A DNA stretch of 64,000 nt from Pyrodictiaceae archaeon (GCA_027036135.1 JALVSY010000016.1:352001-416000), one strand, 5' to 3'; counted from the first letter of the stretch, positions 19,361 to 30,386 are shown. Notes: generated by a model not told the origin, from the sequence alone. Numbers and translations: made by a program.

Positions 19361-20776
19361 TGGATGAAGTTTAGGGAGAAGCTTGCTAATGCGGAGCAAC
19401 TCTACACCTTTGATACGGTGTACCTTGTCCCTGGTAGAGCTGAGGTTGAGCCGAGCCAGGTTGATCTAAGAACTAGGCTGAGCACGAACGTTGAGCTATT
19501 GGTGCCGATAGTGTCGTCGCCGATGGATACTGTTACTGAGTATGAGATGGCTGTTGCACTAGCGCTTCACGGGGGTATAGGTGTTATTCATCGGAACATG
19601 GGTATCGAGGAACAGGTTGAGCAGGTTAAGCGCGTGAAGGAGCACCCGGCTATTAGGCTTCGCGAAGCCTTTCTTCGACTAAGCGATAACTGTGCTTACG
19701 GCCTTGAGGTTCTCCGGGACCTCGGTGTACGTCGGCTCCCCGTGGTTGAGCAGGGTATTGTCAAGGGCTATGTGGATTATAGTAGGCTTGTAGAGATTTG
19801 TAAGACAGGTTTTGAACTCGTCGCTAAGGCCCTGGTTGGTGGCAGGGTTTATGGGGTTAGCGGTATCGAGGAGGCTAGGAGGGCAATAATCCGGGGCGAG
19901 ACCGACTCTGTGGCGATAACTAGTAGGGATGGGCGCTTCCTAGGCTCCCTCCTCCTCGGCGATGCTCTTGCTGAGACGGTTCCCCTGCTGGATGAGGAGG
20001 GTAGACTGAGAGTAGCTGCAGCTATTTCTCCGTTTGACCAGGAGCGTGCCGAGAAACTAGACAAATATGTAGACGTATTGGTGAGTGATGTCGCGCACTT
20101 CCACAACGTGAATGTGCTTCATGCTGCAAAGGAGCTAGTTAAGCGGGCCAGCAGCGACTTCGTAGCAGGCAACATAGGTACGTACCAGGCAGCTGTGGAT
20201 GCCCTAGCAATGATTGAGCGAGTGAATGGGTTCCGGGTAGGAATAGCAGGCGGCTCTATATGCACAACAGCTGAGGTCGGAGGAGCCTATGCTCCCACGC
20301 TCTGGGCGGTAGCCTCGGTTAGAGACGCTCTAGAAGCCCAAGGTGCGGGCAATATACCAATAATAGCTGATGGAGGTATACGTAGCAGTGGTGACGCGGT
20401 AAAGGCTCTAGCAGCTGGAGCTAGTAGCGTGATGCTTGGCTACGTCCTAGCAGGCACAGAGGAAGCAGCAGCACCACTAATAGCTCTGGGAGAAGCCCTC
20501 TACAAGCCCTACCGCGGCATGGCGAGCCGGGGGGCCATGGCCAAGAGGTTCGCCGCGGATAGATACACTAGGCTCGTGAAACGAGTAGCCGAGGGCGTCG
20601 AGGGGCTCATACCCTACAAGGGCCCAGTAAGTAAGGTACTGTCAGAGTTCATTGAGGGGCTCAAAGCAGGGCTAGGATACGCAGGTGCCCGTAACATAAA
20701 GGAGCTATGGGAAAAAGCAGTATTCGGGCTAGCACCTAGAAAAACCGTGCCAAGCGAGCTCGGCGCGCAGAGATAA
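19361..20776 (+). CDS. guaB: IMP dehydrogenase
   Basis: SSPMDTVTE, GGIGVIHRN, GGSICTT catalytic Cys, IIADGGI, YRGMAS, EGVEG. Confidence 0.93.
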   Translation, partial: WMKFREKLANAEQLYTFDTVYLVPGRAEVEPSQVDLRTRLSTNVELLVPIVSSPMDTVTEYEMAVALALHGGIGVIHRNMGIEEQVEQVKRVKEHPAIRLREAFLRLSDNCAYGLEVLRDLGVRRLPVVEQGIVKGYVDYSRLVEICKTGFELVAKALVGGRVYGVSGIEEARRAIIRGETDSVAITSRDGRFLGSLLLGDALAETVPLLDEEGRLRVAAAISPFDQERAEKLDKYVDVLVSDVAHFHNVNVLHAAKELVKRASSDFVAGNIGTYQAAVDALAMIERVNGFRVGIAGGSICTTAEVGGAYAPTLWAVASVRDALEAQGAGNIPIIADGGIRSSGDAVKALAAGASSVMLGYVLAGTEEAAAPLIALGEALYKPYRGMASRGAMAKRFAADRYTRLVKRVAEGVEGLIPYKGPVSKVLSEFIEGLKAGLGYAGARNIKELWEKAVFGLAPRKTVPSELGAQR

Positions 20777-20958
20777 AACAGCTCAGCACTCCGTCGAAAA
20801 CATCGCTAGCTGTCCTCGTCGTTTTCCTCTCCATCCCTGGTCCAGGGCATCCATAGAGAATAGTTGATGTACTAGCAAGGGCTTTCTAGATAAGGGGGTC
20901 TGCCTCCTCCCTATGCAAGGGAGAATAACAGGGCTCATTCCCCCCTCATAGCCACTAC

Positions 20959-21816
20959 TTGTACTGTACCTGGCTATCCACGGTGATGCCTGGCTTGATA
21001 GAAGACCAGGAGACCGACCCAGTATACCAGCGCTACCGCGCAAGGGTGAGGAGCTTCTTTACAGAACTAGTGTCTCTACCCATGCGCGAATTCGAGAACG
21101 TAACCAATGGGCTTGATGAGCCCCCCGAGACAGACCTAGCATCCATATACTTATCGGGTATAACGAGGACATCGATGCTTTGGCTAATATGGGAGGATTA
21201 TTGTCGCAGCAACGCAGCCCAGTACATGGAGACTTGTAGGAGCATCGAGGATGAGTTAGTAGGTGGTACCGAGACAAGGATAGGCGGTGTATCAAGCTTC
21301 TTCAATACGACGATAAAGTCGCTCATAGCCAAGATGTACGCGGATCTCTCCCCCGGCATAGTTATACCATCATGGATAGTGACTTACTCAGCGTTTGTGG
21401 GTGATAAGCTCGTATTACGCCTCGCCAGTCTCCCCCTAGGTGAGCAGCTTCGTCGCTTCCCGCTCTTCGCCTCGGTACTAGGGGTAATAGATCCTGTTTT
21501 CCGCGCATTGCTAGACTATTACTCCACCAAGGGCTCTGATTTCGCCTATGTAGCGGCAGAGTATATGTACTGGGAGGTAATCCGGCCCTGTACACTGCTC
21601 TACACAGTAGTAGTTGATGAGCTGGGCTGCGCCAGGTGCGAAGACATAGCCAGGAACATTTACCTAGTAGTGCTCTCGTCCCTCGAGGAAGACGACACCG
21701 AGCCCCCTAGAATAGGTACCAAGATCTTCCTGGATAAGCTTCTCCACGAGTTACGCAACCATACTCTCCGTAGACTACGGGAGGAGAGACTCCGGGCTCT
21801 GAAAATAGGACCGTAG
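20959..21816 (+). CDS. Hypothetical protein
   Basis: 285-aa ORF; probable start is ATG 20986 after GGTG. Confidence 0.7.
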   Translation: MYCTWLSTVMPGLIEDQETDPVYQRYRARVRSFFTELVSLPMREFENVTNGLDEPPETDLASIYLSGITRTSMLWLIWEDYCRSNAAQYMETCRSIEDELVGGTETRIGGVSSFFNTTIKSLIAKMYADLSPGIVIPSWIVTYSAFVGDKLVLRLASLPLGEQLRRFPLFASVLGVIDPVFRALLDYYSTKGSDFAYVAAEYMYWEVIRPCTLLYTVVVDELGCARCEDIARNIYLVVLSSLEEDDTEPPRIGTKIFLDKLLHELRNHTLRRLREERLRALKIGP

Positions 21817-21900
21817 GTACAACGGGAAGGAATTAAGGAAGAGAACCAGGATAGAATACGAGCCGTGTCCCTTGTTTTAGGAAAAATAGTCCCGGACGTT

Positions 21901-21914
21901 CCCCGTGCACGGGG
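21901..21914. terminator. GC-rich palindrome between convergent genes (possible terminator or 3' stem)
   Basis: Perfect palindrome CCCCGTGCACGGGG just past the rpl12 stop codon. Confidence 0.35.
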
Positions 21915-21930
21915 TTCCTCTTAGCGAGGC

Positions 21931-22263
21931 TTAGAACCCGAAGAGGCTTTCTAGTCCAGCGGCTAGTTGCTCCTCGCTGACCTCCTTCTTTTCCTCCTCT
22001 TTCTTCTCCTCTTCCTCTTCTTCCTTCTTCTCCTCAGCGGCGGCTGGTGCAGCAGCTGCTGGCGCCGCTGCAGGTGCTACTGGCATCGCGGTAGCGGACT
22101 TAATCACCTCGTCTATGTTTATGTTCTTAAGGGCTGCTACGACTGCTTTGACCCTAGCCTCGTCCACCTCTATGCCAGCTGCCTCGAGTACTTTCTTGAG
22201 GTTCTCCTCGTTTATCTCCTTTCCAGCTGCGTGGAGCATAAGGCTTGCATAGATGTACTCCAT
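21931..22263 (-). CDS. rpl12: 50S ribosomal protein P1 (L12p)
   Basis: [11 protein letters not shown] start, Ala-rich hinge, acidic tail ending GLESLFGF. Confidence 0.97.
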   Translation of the reverse strand: MEYIYASLMLHAAGKEINEENLKKVLEAAGIEVDEARVKAVVAALKNINIDEVIKSATAMPVAPAAAPAAAAPAAAEEKKEEEEEEKKEEEKKEVSEEQLAAGLESLFGF

Positions 22264-22330
22264 TCCAGACTCCCCTCTCCTAACCCGTAGCTGTCTTCCC
22301 GTTCCACCCGGGGATGCAGGCCGGGCTTCT

Positions 22331-23296
22331 TTATCTTTCCGCTTCCCCAGTTTCTCGGCGCAGCATTATAGGTGTTGGGGTGGGGTTCTCGGCTCCAGCG
22401 AAAGCTATGGGCATTCCCTCGGTGTTTATTGCTGCCGCAGCGTAGCCCTGGATATCAAGAAGTATTATGCCTAGATTGTTGTCGCCGAAGAGCCTCGTAT
22501 GGCGGGCAACAGCTGCTCTCGCGGCCTCTTCTACTGGTATCCCCTGCATAACTAGCTGGACTGCGTAGAGACATGGGCGCCCCATGATGATTGTCTCGCC
22601 TATACCGGTGGCAGAGCAGCCAGCAACACCTGGCTCAACATAGAACCCTGCACCAGGTATCGGCGAATCCCCTATACGCCCGGGGTGCTTGAGTGAGACG
22701 CCGCCAGTACTAGCGCCTGCAGCAAGCCTCCCATTGACGAGCGTTACTGCTCCAACTGTGTCGCCGTAGAGCTCTCGTATCTTCTTAGCCCACTCAGGGC
22801 CGCCATCCTTCCTAAGCTGCTCCCTGAGCCTTCTCCATCGCTGAATAGCCCTCGGCGAGGGCCCTGGGTGCTTCTCAAGCCCAAGCTTCTCTGCCAAGCG
22901 GTCAGCAGCGCTACCAGCTATAATTACGTGGCCAAGGTTAAGCGCAATGAACTCAGCAAGCCTTATTGGGTTACGCGGATAAGTAACTACAGCAACCGCG
23001 CCAGCTCTCATCTCGTCATCCATAAGCCCAGCATCCATCTCTACGCGCCCATCATAGGTCAGAGTGCTGCCAACACCAGCGTTGAGAACACCGCTATCCT
23101 CAAGCGCAACAATAGCCTCGACAAGTGCACGAAGCGCTCCACTACTCTTAGCAGTGAAACCAGCCTCGGCCCCCTTCTTCACTGCTTCGAGGACTTCGCC
23201 TAGGTTCTCAACGAGTCTCCAGCTACCAGCCCCGCCATGAACAATTACAGCGGGGTCACCTAGTTTCACAGGGCCCCACGTGGTCACCGTAGCCAA
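22331..23296 (-). CDS. Isoaspartyl peptidase/plant-type L-asparaginase
   Basis: VHGGAG, EMDAG, DTVGAV autocleavage site, STGG, GRIGDSP. Confidence 0.93.
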   Translation of the reverse strand: MATVTTWGPVKLGDPAVIVHGGAGSWRLVENLGEVLEAVKKGAEAGFTAKSSGALRALVEAIVALEDSGVLNAGVGSTLTYDGRVEMDAGLMDDEMRAGAVAVVTYPRNPIRLAEFIALNLGHVIIAGSAADRLAEKLGLEKHPGPSPRAIQRWRRLREQLRKDGGPEWAKKIRELYGDTVGAVTLVNGRLAAGASTGGVSLKHPGRIGDSPIPGAGFYVEPGVAGCSATGIGETIIMGRPCLYAVQLVMQGIPVEEAARAAVARHTRLFGDNNLGIILLDIQGYAAAAINTEGMPIAFAGAENPTPTPIMLRRETGEAER

Positions 23297-24027
23297 GGCC
23301 TGTCCCGCCGCTGCTTAGCCTTCATCTCCTCTGCGGCTTTTCTCGCCTCCTCTACCAAAGACCTGTACTCATCATCGCTGAGAAACCTATACCACGGCTC
23401 CATGTCTTCTTCGCCGTGAAGCACCTTGACTAGACGAACAACGTTCAGCCCGACGTTATAGGAGTCGCTCACAGCCTGCTTATCATTAAGCACGTCTCCT
23501 CTCCCATGGTAGTAGGCGGTGCCCCAAGCAGGTACATGGAACCCCATATTGATCAAGGTAAAGACGCTCCACGATAACGCTGTGGAGGCACCAGCCTCCT
23601 CTCCAGCAGCGAGGACGCCAGCAACCTTGCCATCAACAAGACTACGTCCGGTATGATAAATCATGTTCTCAAGGCTAGTCATGCGATCGAATAAGTTTTT
23701 CAAGACACCGCTAACCATGAACCAATAGATAGGTGTTGAGAAGACAACAGCATCGCTACGAAGAACAGCCTCAGCGACTAAGAAGTAATCGTCGCGGCCC
23801 CGGAGAGGGCACTCACTGGGATCCTTTGGGTAACGACAGTTGAGAAAATGATCTGAGTAACAAGCAAAGCAGGGACCAATATTGAGATCATAGAGGTTAA
23901 TGTATGTTGTCTCTGCTCCAGCCCTCCTAGCAGCCTCAAGAGCGATCCAGAGCATCTTGAAGCTATTTCCGTATTTTCTCGGAGATGAGTGAATACCGAG
24001 AACCCTTACCGCCACTATACCACCCAC
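23284..24027 (-). CDS. Flavodoxin-like iron-sulfur flavoprotein family
   Basis: SPRKYGNS, CFAC...C...C, STPIYW, LKNLFDR motifs. Confidence 0.88.
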   Translation of the reverse strand: MGGIVAVRVLGIHSSPRKYGNSFKMLWIALEAARRAGAETTYINLYDLNIGPCFACYSDHFLNCRYPKDPSECPLRGRDDYFLVAEAVLRSDAVVFSTPIYWFMVSGVLKNLFDRMTSLENMIYHTGRSLVDGKVAGVLAAGEEAGASTALSWSVFTLINMGFHVPAWGTAYYHGRGDVLNDKQAVSDSYNVGLNVVRLVKVLHGEEDMEPWYRFLSDDEYRSLVEEARKAAEEMKAKQRRDRPWLR

Positions 24028-24148
24028 GCCTCCTTATAGGCCTCTACTCTATTAAATGGCCAATGCCTCTTACACGGCACAAAGGAGCCTTCCCTGTGCT
24101 AAGGGCTCGCTACTTCACTGTGGCAGGGGTTGAGGCGCCTCGCATCAC

Positions 24149-24805
24149 GTGAAGAGTAAGGGAGCATACATAGTCCTTGAGGGAATAGACGGGGCGGGCA
24201 CAACTACTCATGCAAAGATACTATCTAATAACCTTAGCAGACTAGGCTACTGTACAAGGGTCTTCGAGGAACCAAGCAAGGGGAGAATAGGACATACTAT
24301 ACGCGAGTATTTATCCAAGGGGCCTTTCGACCAAAGGGTTCTCGCTCTCCTTTTTGCCGCTGATAGGCTCGAGCTAGCCCGGAGCATAGAGTCGGCAATA
24401 GATGAGGGCTGCATAGCTGTAGGTGATAGGAGCTGGGTATCAAGCATAGTTTATCAGAGCTACGAAGGGTTCCCCTCAAGCGCTCCTCTTGAGTGGCTCT
24501 ACATGATTAATAAATATGCGCCACGACCGGACGCTGTAATATACATAGATGTTGACCCCGTCATAGCTTTTCGTAGAATAAGTCTGCGTAGCAAGCATAG
24601 AGACCTTCCGGAGACTCTGTCTGCGCTCCGCGGCCTAGCAGCCCAGTATAGGAGGATTCTCCCACTGCTAGCTAGGATAATACCGCTGGTCGTGACCGTA
24701 AAGGGAAGCGAGGGGCTCATAGAGAGAAGCATAGAGGCGGTATCACGCGAAATACTTGTAGCTGTATTAGTGCTCTTAAGGCTACGAGAAGCCCAAGGCA
24801 CCTAG
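24149..24805 (+). CDS. tmk: Thymidylate kinase
   Basis: EGIDGAGTTT, LLFAADR, DR...SS..YQ, PD..IYID motifs. Confidence 0.92.
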   Translation: MKSKGAYIVLEGIDGAGTTTHAKILSNNLSRLGYCTRVFEEPSKGRIGHTIREYLSKGPFDQRVLALLFAADRLELARSIESAIDEGCIAVGDRSWVSSIVYQSYEGFPSSAPLEWLYMINKYAPRPDAVIYIDVDPVIAFRRISLRSKHRDLPETLSALRGLAAQYRRILPLLARIIPLVVTVKGSEGLIERSIEAVSREILVAVLVLLRLREAQGT

Positions 24806-24916
24806 GCCCTACGGCGGCAAAAGGTCTAGAAACCAGTACACAGCCTCTCTAAGCCGTGGAGCACTAGTAACTCGTGTTTACGTGCCGGTAGCCAAAAGAG
24901 GATAGGTGACATATGG

Positions 24917-25174
24917 ATGAGTAAAGTGTATATGAGGCATGGCGGCCTCTTAACCCTTGACATGTTGCCACCTGGTGCCCGTGCCAGGGTTGTCCGGATC
25001 GATGCTGGTATCCGTGCTATGAGAAGGATTGTTGAGATGGGTATTACCCCTGGCGCGGTTGTAGAGGTCGTTATGAGCTATGGCGGCCCTATTCTCGTAA
25101 GGGTTCGTGGAACAGTTATCGCTATTGGGAGGGGTATTGCTAGGCGCATCCTTGTCGAGCCACTTACTCCTTAA
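24917..25174 (+). CDS. feoA: FeoA family protein
   Basis: RRIVEMGITPG, GPILVRVRG..IAIGR pattern. Confidence 0.9.
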   Translation: MSKVYMRHGGLLTLDMLPPGARARVVRIDAGIRAMRRIVEMGITPGAVVEVVMSYGGPILVRVRGTVIAIGRGIARRILVEPLTP

Positions 25175-26429
25175 GCAGTAGTGCCACGAAACCCCCCGTG
25201 CACCTCGAGATGTGTGGATACATTCTCTGTGTTCCCTTCACTAAGCCCTCTACTCCTATGAATGGCTCTGCGCGGAGAATCGTGAGCCCCTCTTTCTCCG
25301 CAACCTTCTTCACCACGTCCTCGTTCTCGTCAATGGTCAGTGTACAGGTGGAGTAAATTATCCTCGTGCCTCTCCTTGCTAGCCTAGCAGCGGCTCGTAG
25401 GCCTCGCTGCTGCAAAGACATGAGGCGGTGCAGTATGCCTGGCCCAGTTTTCTCGAGGAAGAGACGCGTCTCGGGGCTATGGCCTAACCTCCCCATACTA
25501 GTGCAATCAGGGTCAACAACTATTAGATCGGCACTTTCTAGGCGGAGGGGCGGCCGAAGAGCATTACCAAGGACAACGTCTATTATCCAAGCACCTTGCC
25601 TAGTCACTAAGTGTTTCTCGTCCCTAGCCCTACGAGGAGAAACCTCAACACCAACTATGCTCAGCGGCTTAGCTCGCCACGCTATGTGGGCAGCCTTGTT
25701 CCCAGGAGCGCTGAATAGGTCGTAGACCTGTCTAGCACTGCCAGCCACATGTGCTATGAGTGCGGCTGCTCGGTCCTGTACGTAGAAGAGACCCGTCTCC
25801 AGCTTTGCCAACGCCCCTTCCCCCACCTCTAGTACCTCTAGGACATCGTCTAGTACCGGGTCTGGGCGGGTAGCTATGCCGTATTCGTCTCTCAGCTTCT
25901 TCATGGCTTCTTCTCTGCTTAGCTTGTTCTTGTTGAACCGTATCCAGAGAGGCGTCGGCTCCTGGAAAGACTTTAGCAACGCCTCTAGCCCACTGGGAGG
26001 ATTCGTCTCGGCTAGTTTCTCCACAACCCAGCCAGGTAAACTATAGAGCACTGCAAGTCTCCCTGCACCGCTTAGGTCGCTTACTAGCTCCTCGGGGCTG
26101 CTCTCGCGGAGACACCTCGCTATTCCCGGGTCTAGCTTTGTAGCGTCAGTTACTCGGCCCAGGTCTACTTGTCTACGGAAGAGCGCCTCATAAGCCCCTA
26201 CTAGGGCTAGCCACCCCCTAGGATCCTTCCTAACTGGTCCTCGGTAACCACAGCGCCGAAGCCCGTGGCCTAGTAGGCGATAGTTGCGGAGAACTCCTAG
26301 GCAGAGAGCGTTTAAGAGGCCACGGGGAACCCTGGGCCTCGTCTTCTCTATGACTAGGCGTATGGAGTAGAGCTTCCTCTCAACAAGTGATAATACCTTG
26401 GCGCACACACGCTCAACTAGCTCAGCCAT
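25164..26429 (-). CDS. RsmB/NOP2-type RNA m5C methyltransferase
   Basis: VQD, DLFSAPGNKA, DPDCT, YSTCT..ENE motifs. Confidence 0.9.
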   Translation of the reverse strand: MAELVERVCAKVLSLVERKLYSIRLVIEKTRPRVPRGLLNALCLGVLRNYRLLGHGLRRCGYRGPVRKDPRGWLALVGAYEALFRRQVDLGRVTDATKLDPGIARCLRESSPEELVSDLSGAGRLAVLYSLPGWVVEKLAETNPPSGLEALLKSFQEPTPLWIRFNKNKLSREEAMKKLRDEYGIATRPDPVLDDVLEVLEVGEGALAKLETGLFYVQDRAAALIAHVAGSARQVYDLFSAPGNKAAHIAWRAKPLSIVGVEVSPRRARDEKHLVTRQGAWIIDVVLGNALRPPLRLESADLIVVDPDCTSMGRLGHSPETRLFLEKTGPGILHRLMSLQQRGLRAAARLARRGTRIIYSTCTLTIDENEDVVKKVAEKEGLTILRAEPFIGVEGLVKGTQRMYPHISRCTGGFVALLLKE

Positions 26430-26624
26430 GGCTTCTTACACCGCGTCTGCCCCTTTCTTGATGATTACTTGGTGTTCATTGCTAGCACTCCTCTGTAGTG
26501 GGAGGTGTTAAACAAGTCATCTAGGTAAATAAACCCCTTCCTGCTAGGCGCCGCTTCCACGGGCCCACTGCCCCGAGCAGGCAGAGGCGCTGCAATAGAG
26601 AACTAATATAGGCTGACACAAGCT

Positions 26625-27638
26625 ATGCCGAGAAACGTGCTCATAGTAGGCGGTATAGGTTATCTAGGCTACAACCTTGCTCTAGAGCATTCGCAACGCG
26701 GCGACTCAGTATACATAGCTGCTAGGCGAAGCAGTGCTGAGCGTCGCGAAAAACTATTCGACGAGCTAAGATCCTTTGTAAAGAAGAGCGTTCTCCTAGG
26801 CAGCCTGGGCGACAAGGTATCTATAAGGAGTAGTATTGATAGCATGAGTTGCCCCGACATAGCTTATCTCGTTACGGGGAAGCTGACTGGAACGCGTAGA
26901 GAGATGGAGGAAGCCCATGTAGAGATCCCGGCTCAGTGGACAAGGATACTATCACAGAGATGCAGGGATACCCTCATAGTCTATGTTAGTAGCGTCTTTA
27001 GCGTAGGCGACCCGAGTAGCTGTGCTAGAGACCTAGTAGTTCGAGAGGAAGAGAGACACCTTGACGGATGTAGGCAGTTCTCTAGCTACGCAGAGACAAA
27101 GGCAGTGGGGGAGAGGTGCGTCCTAGAGCTGTGCCGTGGGAACAGGGCACGCGTAGCAGTGCTAAGACCAGGCCTGCTAATCGGTCGCTGGAGCTATCAC
27201 CGGGAATGGCGCCTAATGTACCGGCTTGCTAAGCTCCATCTCCGAGTAACGGGTGGCCCTTACCTTCACGTAACCCCTGCAAGAGATATAGCGAGGGCAG
27301 CTATACTGCTCAGCGAGAAGCACAGCGGGTGCCAATGGTACTACGCTACCCCGTGGCGGCTACGCCTCGGAGAGCTACACTCTATGCTCCTCCAGGGCCT
27401 CGGGGTAAGACACGTATTACCCCTCTACGCGCCCTCAGCGATACCGCTTGGCCCCTTATCTAAGGAGCTGAGGGCCCAGCAACGATATCGCATAGAGCCG
27501 TGGCTGCTCAACGAGCTAGGAATGAAGTGGACAAGCCTCAGGGAAGCAGTAAGTGAGGCAGCGGGGTGGATGAAGAGCACGTGGGGAGGAGAACATACAG
27601 AGAGCAGTGCTAGGAGATACTCAGTTGTAATAGTGTAG
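26625..27638 (+). CDS. NAD-dependent epimerase/dehydratase family
   Basis: GGIGYLG Rossmann motif, YVSS, YAETK, LRPG. Confidence 0.85.
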   Translation: MPRNVLIVGGIGYLGYNLALEHSQRGDSVYIAARRSSAERREKLFDELRSFVKKSVLLGSLGDKVSIRSSIDSMSCPDIAYLVTGKLTGTRREMEEAHVEIPAQWTRILSQRCRDTLIVYVSSVFSVGDPSSCARDLVVREEERHLDGCRQFSSYAETKAVGERCVLELCRGNRARVAVLRPGLLIGRWSYHREWRLMYRLAKLHLRVTGGPYLHVTPARDIARAAILLSEKHSGCQWYYATPWRLRLGELHSMLLQGLGVRHVLPLYAPSAIPLGPLSKELRAQQRYRIEPWLLNELGMKWTSLREAVSEAAGWMKSTWGGEHTESSARRYSVVIV

Positions 27639-27705
27639 CACCTACACCATGAGGGGACTAGACAATAGCCCCACTAGTAACTATTCCACTAGGAGGGAGA
27701 GCACA

Positions 27706-28380
27706 GTGGTTGAACAGGTTAAGCCCGAGGAACTAAGCCCAGAGGAGGGCGAGTTCCTCGTAAGACTGGCTAGGCGTAGCGTTGAGACTTATCTCACCAG
27801 GGGGGAGAGGATAAAGCCTCCAAGCGATACCCCCGAGAAGCTTCGCAGACTAGGAGCAGCCTTCGTGACCATAACAACCTACTATGGCCCCGAATCCAGG
27901 GAGCTAAGAGGATGCATAGGCTACATATTCCCGGTGAAGAGCCTCGTTGAGACAGTGATAGATGTCGCAATAGAGGCAGCGGTAAACGATCCCCGCTTCC
28001 CACCAATGAACCCCAGTGAGCTCGACAAGGTAACTTTCGAGGTGACAGTGCTAGGCCCCCTCGAACCCCTGCCCAGGGAGCCGGAGAAGAGGCCGAAATC
28101 ATTCACTATTGGGCGGCACGGCCTCTTCGCGAAAAAGGGTATCCTGCAAGGCGTTCTCCTACCCGAGGTCCCCGTGGAGTACCTCTGGGACGAGGAGACC
28201 TTTCTCGCCGAGACATGCGTGAAGGCCGGGATGCCTCCTAGCTGCTGGCTAGACCCCGAGGTAGAGTTCTACCGCTTCTCTGGCCGTGATTGGAGGGAGA
28301 GGGAGCCCCACGGCCCCATAGAGGAGAGGGACCTAGCCAAGGAGTACCGAGAGTTGCTCGAGAAGTATGCTAAGCAGTAA
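27706..28380 (+). CDS. AMMECR1 domain protein
   Basis: LRGCIG, AA..DPRF, GVLLPEVP motifs. Confidence 0.93.
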   Translation: MVEQVKPEELSPEEGEFLVRLARRSVETYLTRGERIKPPSDTPEKLRRLGAAFVTITTYYGPESRELRGCIGYIFPVKSLVETVIDVAIEAAVNDPRFPPMNPSELDKVTFEVTVLGPLEPLPREPEKRPKSFTIGRHGLFAKKGILQGVLLPEVPVEYLWDEETFLAETCVKAGMPPSCWLDPEVEFYRFSGRDWREREPHGPIEERDLAKEYRELLEKYAKQ

Positions 28381-28402
28381 ACCAAGTACAGCAAATTAGC
28401 AT

Positions 28403-28924
28403 GTGAGGTGCTGCGCCGTGAGGCGTGGTAGGAGGCTTCAGCAAGCCCCTCAGGCAGTGACTGAGGCCGGGGCTGAGATGTACCTTATCTCGATACGCCC
28501 GGTCTACGCTTACCAGATATTCAGGGCGACGAAGAGATTCGAGCTGAGAAGGAACGTTATAGGCAGGATACCCGAGGGCTCAGTAATGATTGTCTATGCC
28601 TCCGGCAACGTGCGGGCAATAATAGGCGAGTTCACCGTAGGCAAGGTAATAGAGGGTACAGCGGAGCAGGTATGGAGACAAGTGCTTAGCGAGAAAAACC
28701 ACGGAATAAGAGGAGATGCATGGCGCTACATAAGGGGCGCCGAGAAAGCAATGGCTCTTGAAGTGGTGAACCCGGTTCTATACCCGAGAAAGGTTACTCT
28801 CGAGGAGATTAGAAGGATTATACCCGGGTGGAACCCACCACTAAGCTACAAAGCTCTGAGAGAAGGCGAGCCACTCTACGAGCTCATTGTAAAGAAGCTT
28901 AGGCGGCTAGCAGGGCTCCCATAG
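28403..28924 (+). CDS. ASCH/PUA-like domain protein
   Basis: LISIRP.YA.QIF..TKRFELRR, IIGEF, PP.SY. Start could be as far downstream as ATG 28478. Confidence 0.8.
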   Translation: MRCCAVRRGRRLQQAPQAVTEAGAEMYLISIRPVYAYQIFRATKRFELRRNVIGRIPEGSVMIVYASGNVRAIIGEFTVGKVIEGTAEQVWRQVLSEKNHGIRGDAWRYIRGAEKAMALEVVNPVLYPRKVTLEEIRRIIPGWNPPLSYKALREGEPLYELIVKKLRRLAGLP

Positions 28925-28979
28925 ACGCGGTAGAGAAAACAATTGTTGTCTTAGTGCTTCGCTCTCCAGGAACATGCTC

Positions 28980-30155
28980 CTATTTCCTCGACTTTATCTC
29001 CACGATGTCCCCGTCACTTAGTACATGGTCTAGCCCTACTCTCTCGCCTGGATACTTAGCGGACGGCCCCCATACCTTGGCGTATTCGAAGTACTCTATG
29101 AGGTCGCTGTGAATATGCTCTGCTAGGTCTCGTACAGTGGCTCCTCGTCTAAGCACTACGGGGGTTTTGCTGACTTCGCCGTTAGGCCGCTTAGTGTAGA
29201 CTCTTATTAGGTCTAGTCTCTTGAACAATATCTCTCCTATCTTGTCAAGGTTGTAGCCTGTCTTAGCTGAGACTGGTAGGAGCCATATACTCTTATCTCT
29301 GTTCCTCTTCACGTACTCGTAGAGCGGTCTATAGTTACTCGCAGCTTGTGGTAGGTCGGCTTTGTTAGCGAGTATTATTGCTGGTTTGTAGACACTGCTA
29401 CGTAGCACAGCCATCTCTATATCGTCCAGGCTAACCTCTCCCTCTATGTAGACTTTTGCTCGGTATATCCGGTATCCTGCTAGGAGCTTCTCTACATCCT
29501 TAACAGTGCCATCAATGATCTTACCCGTGCCGAGTACTTGTACCCCGTGCTCCCCGCCCTTCTCTATCCTCACAGTCCCCCGGGGCTTTTCAATGAATAT
29601 CCCGTGCTCCGAGAGGATTTGCTTAATCTCGAGGTACTGGCTAAGCGCGTCATCCTCGAGGCTAACAACTATTATTACCGCGTCAGCGTTCCTAACAATG
29701 CCAGTAACCCTTGGGATATACAGGCCCGCGTCCCTCGATAACGGGGGAGCATCCACCAGCTGGAAGTATATGTCCTTGAATGGCAGCATACCGGGGACCG
29801 GGAGCGTCGTGGAGAACGGATAATCAGCTACACGAGTACGAGCACCCGTGAGACGCTGTACGAGCAGGCTCTTACCAGTATTAGGGGGCCCGATCACAGC
29901 TACCTGGGCAGCCCCCTCCTTCTCAACAAAGATTCTCGGCCCGCCGCCACCAGTCTTCTTCCGCCGCCTCTCCTCCAGCTCCTCGCGTAGCTCTGCAAGC
30001 CTCTTCTTAGCCCATAACAATAGGTTCTCGGCGCCCTTGTGCTTAGGAGCAACGCTCAGAAACTCTTCTAGCGCCCTAATCTTCTCCTCAAGGGTCTTAG
30101 CCTCGCTATACTTGGCCAGCTTCGCCTGGGCCTCCGGAGTCAGATTAGCAGGCAC
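28980..30155 (-). CDS. OBG/DRG family GTPase with TGS domain
   Basis: MPANL, PKHKG, GPPNTGKS, YPFST, NKAD, VGLDHVLSDGDIVEI. Confidence 0.93.
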   Translation of the reverse strand: MPANLTPEAQAKLAKYSEAKTLEEKIRALEEFLSVAPKHKGAENLLLWAKKRLAELREELEERRRKKTGGGGPRIFVEKEGAAQVAVIGPPNTGKSLLVQRLTGARTRVADYPFSTTLPVPGMLPFKDIYFQLVDAPPLSRDAGLYIPRVTGIVRNADAVIIVVSLEDDALSQYLEIKQILSEHGIFIEKPRGTVRIEKGGEHGVQVLGTGKIIDGTVKDVEKLLAGYRIYRAKVYIEGEVSLDDIEMAVLRSSVYKPAIILANKADLPQAASNYRPLYEYVKRNRDKSIWLLPVSAKTGYNLDKIGEILFKRLDLIRVYTKRPNGEVSKTPVVLRRGATVRDLAEHIHSDLIEYFEYAKVWGPSAKYPGERVGLDHVLSDGDIVEIKSRK

Positions 30156-30386
30156 TGTAGCTCAGCCCTCCACGCCCCTTGGTACTAGAATCGCCGAGGA
30201 GGCTAAGATACAGGGGAGTATTAGCACGGCTTCCCTATATCCCCGAGTAGGAATGAGGGGAAAACCGCTTAGTAGTCTATAGAGTCTTCTGTTGTTTCTC
30301 GAAGCAGAGGCTCAGTATAGGATTGAGGACGGTGTGTCTACGATATAATATAAAACATAATTTATCAATAGAATGTGAGAAGCTAG

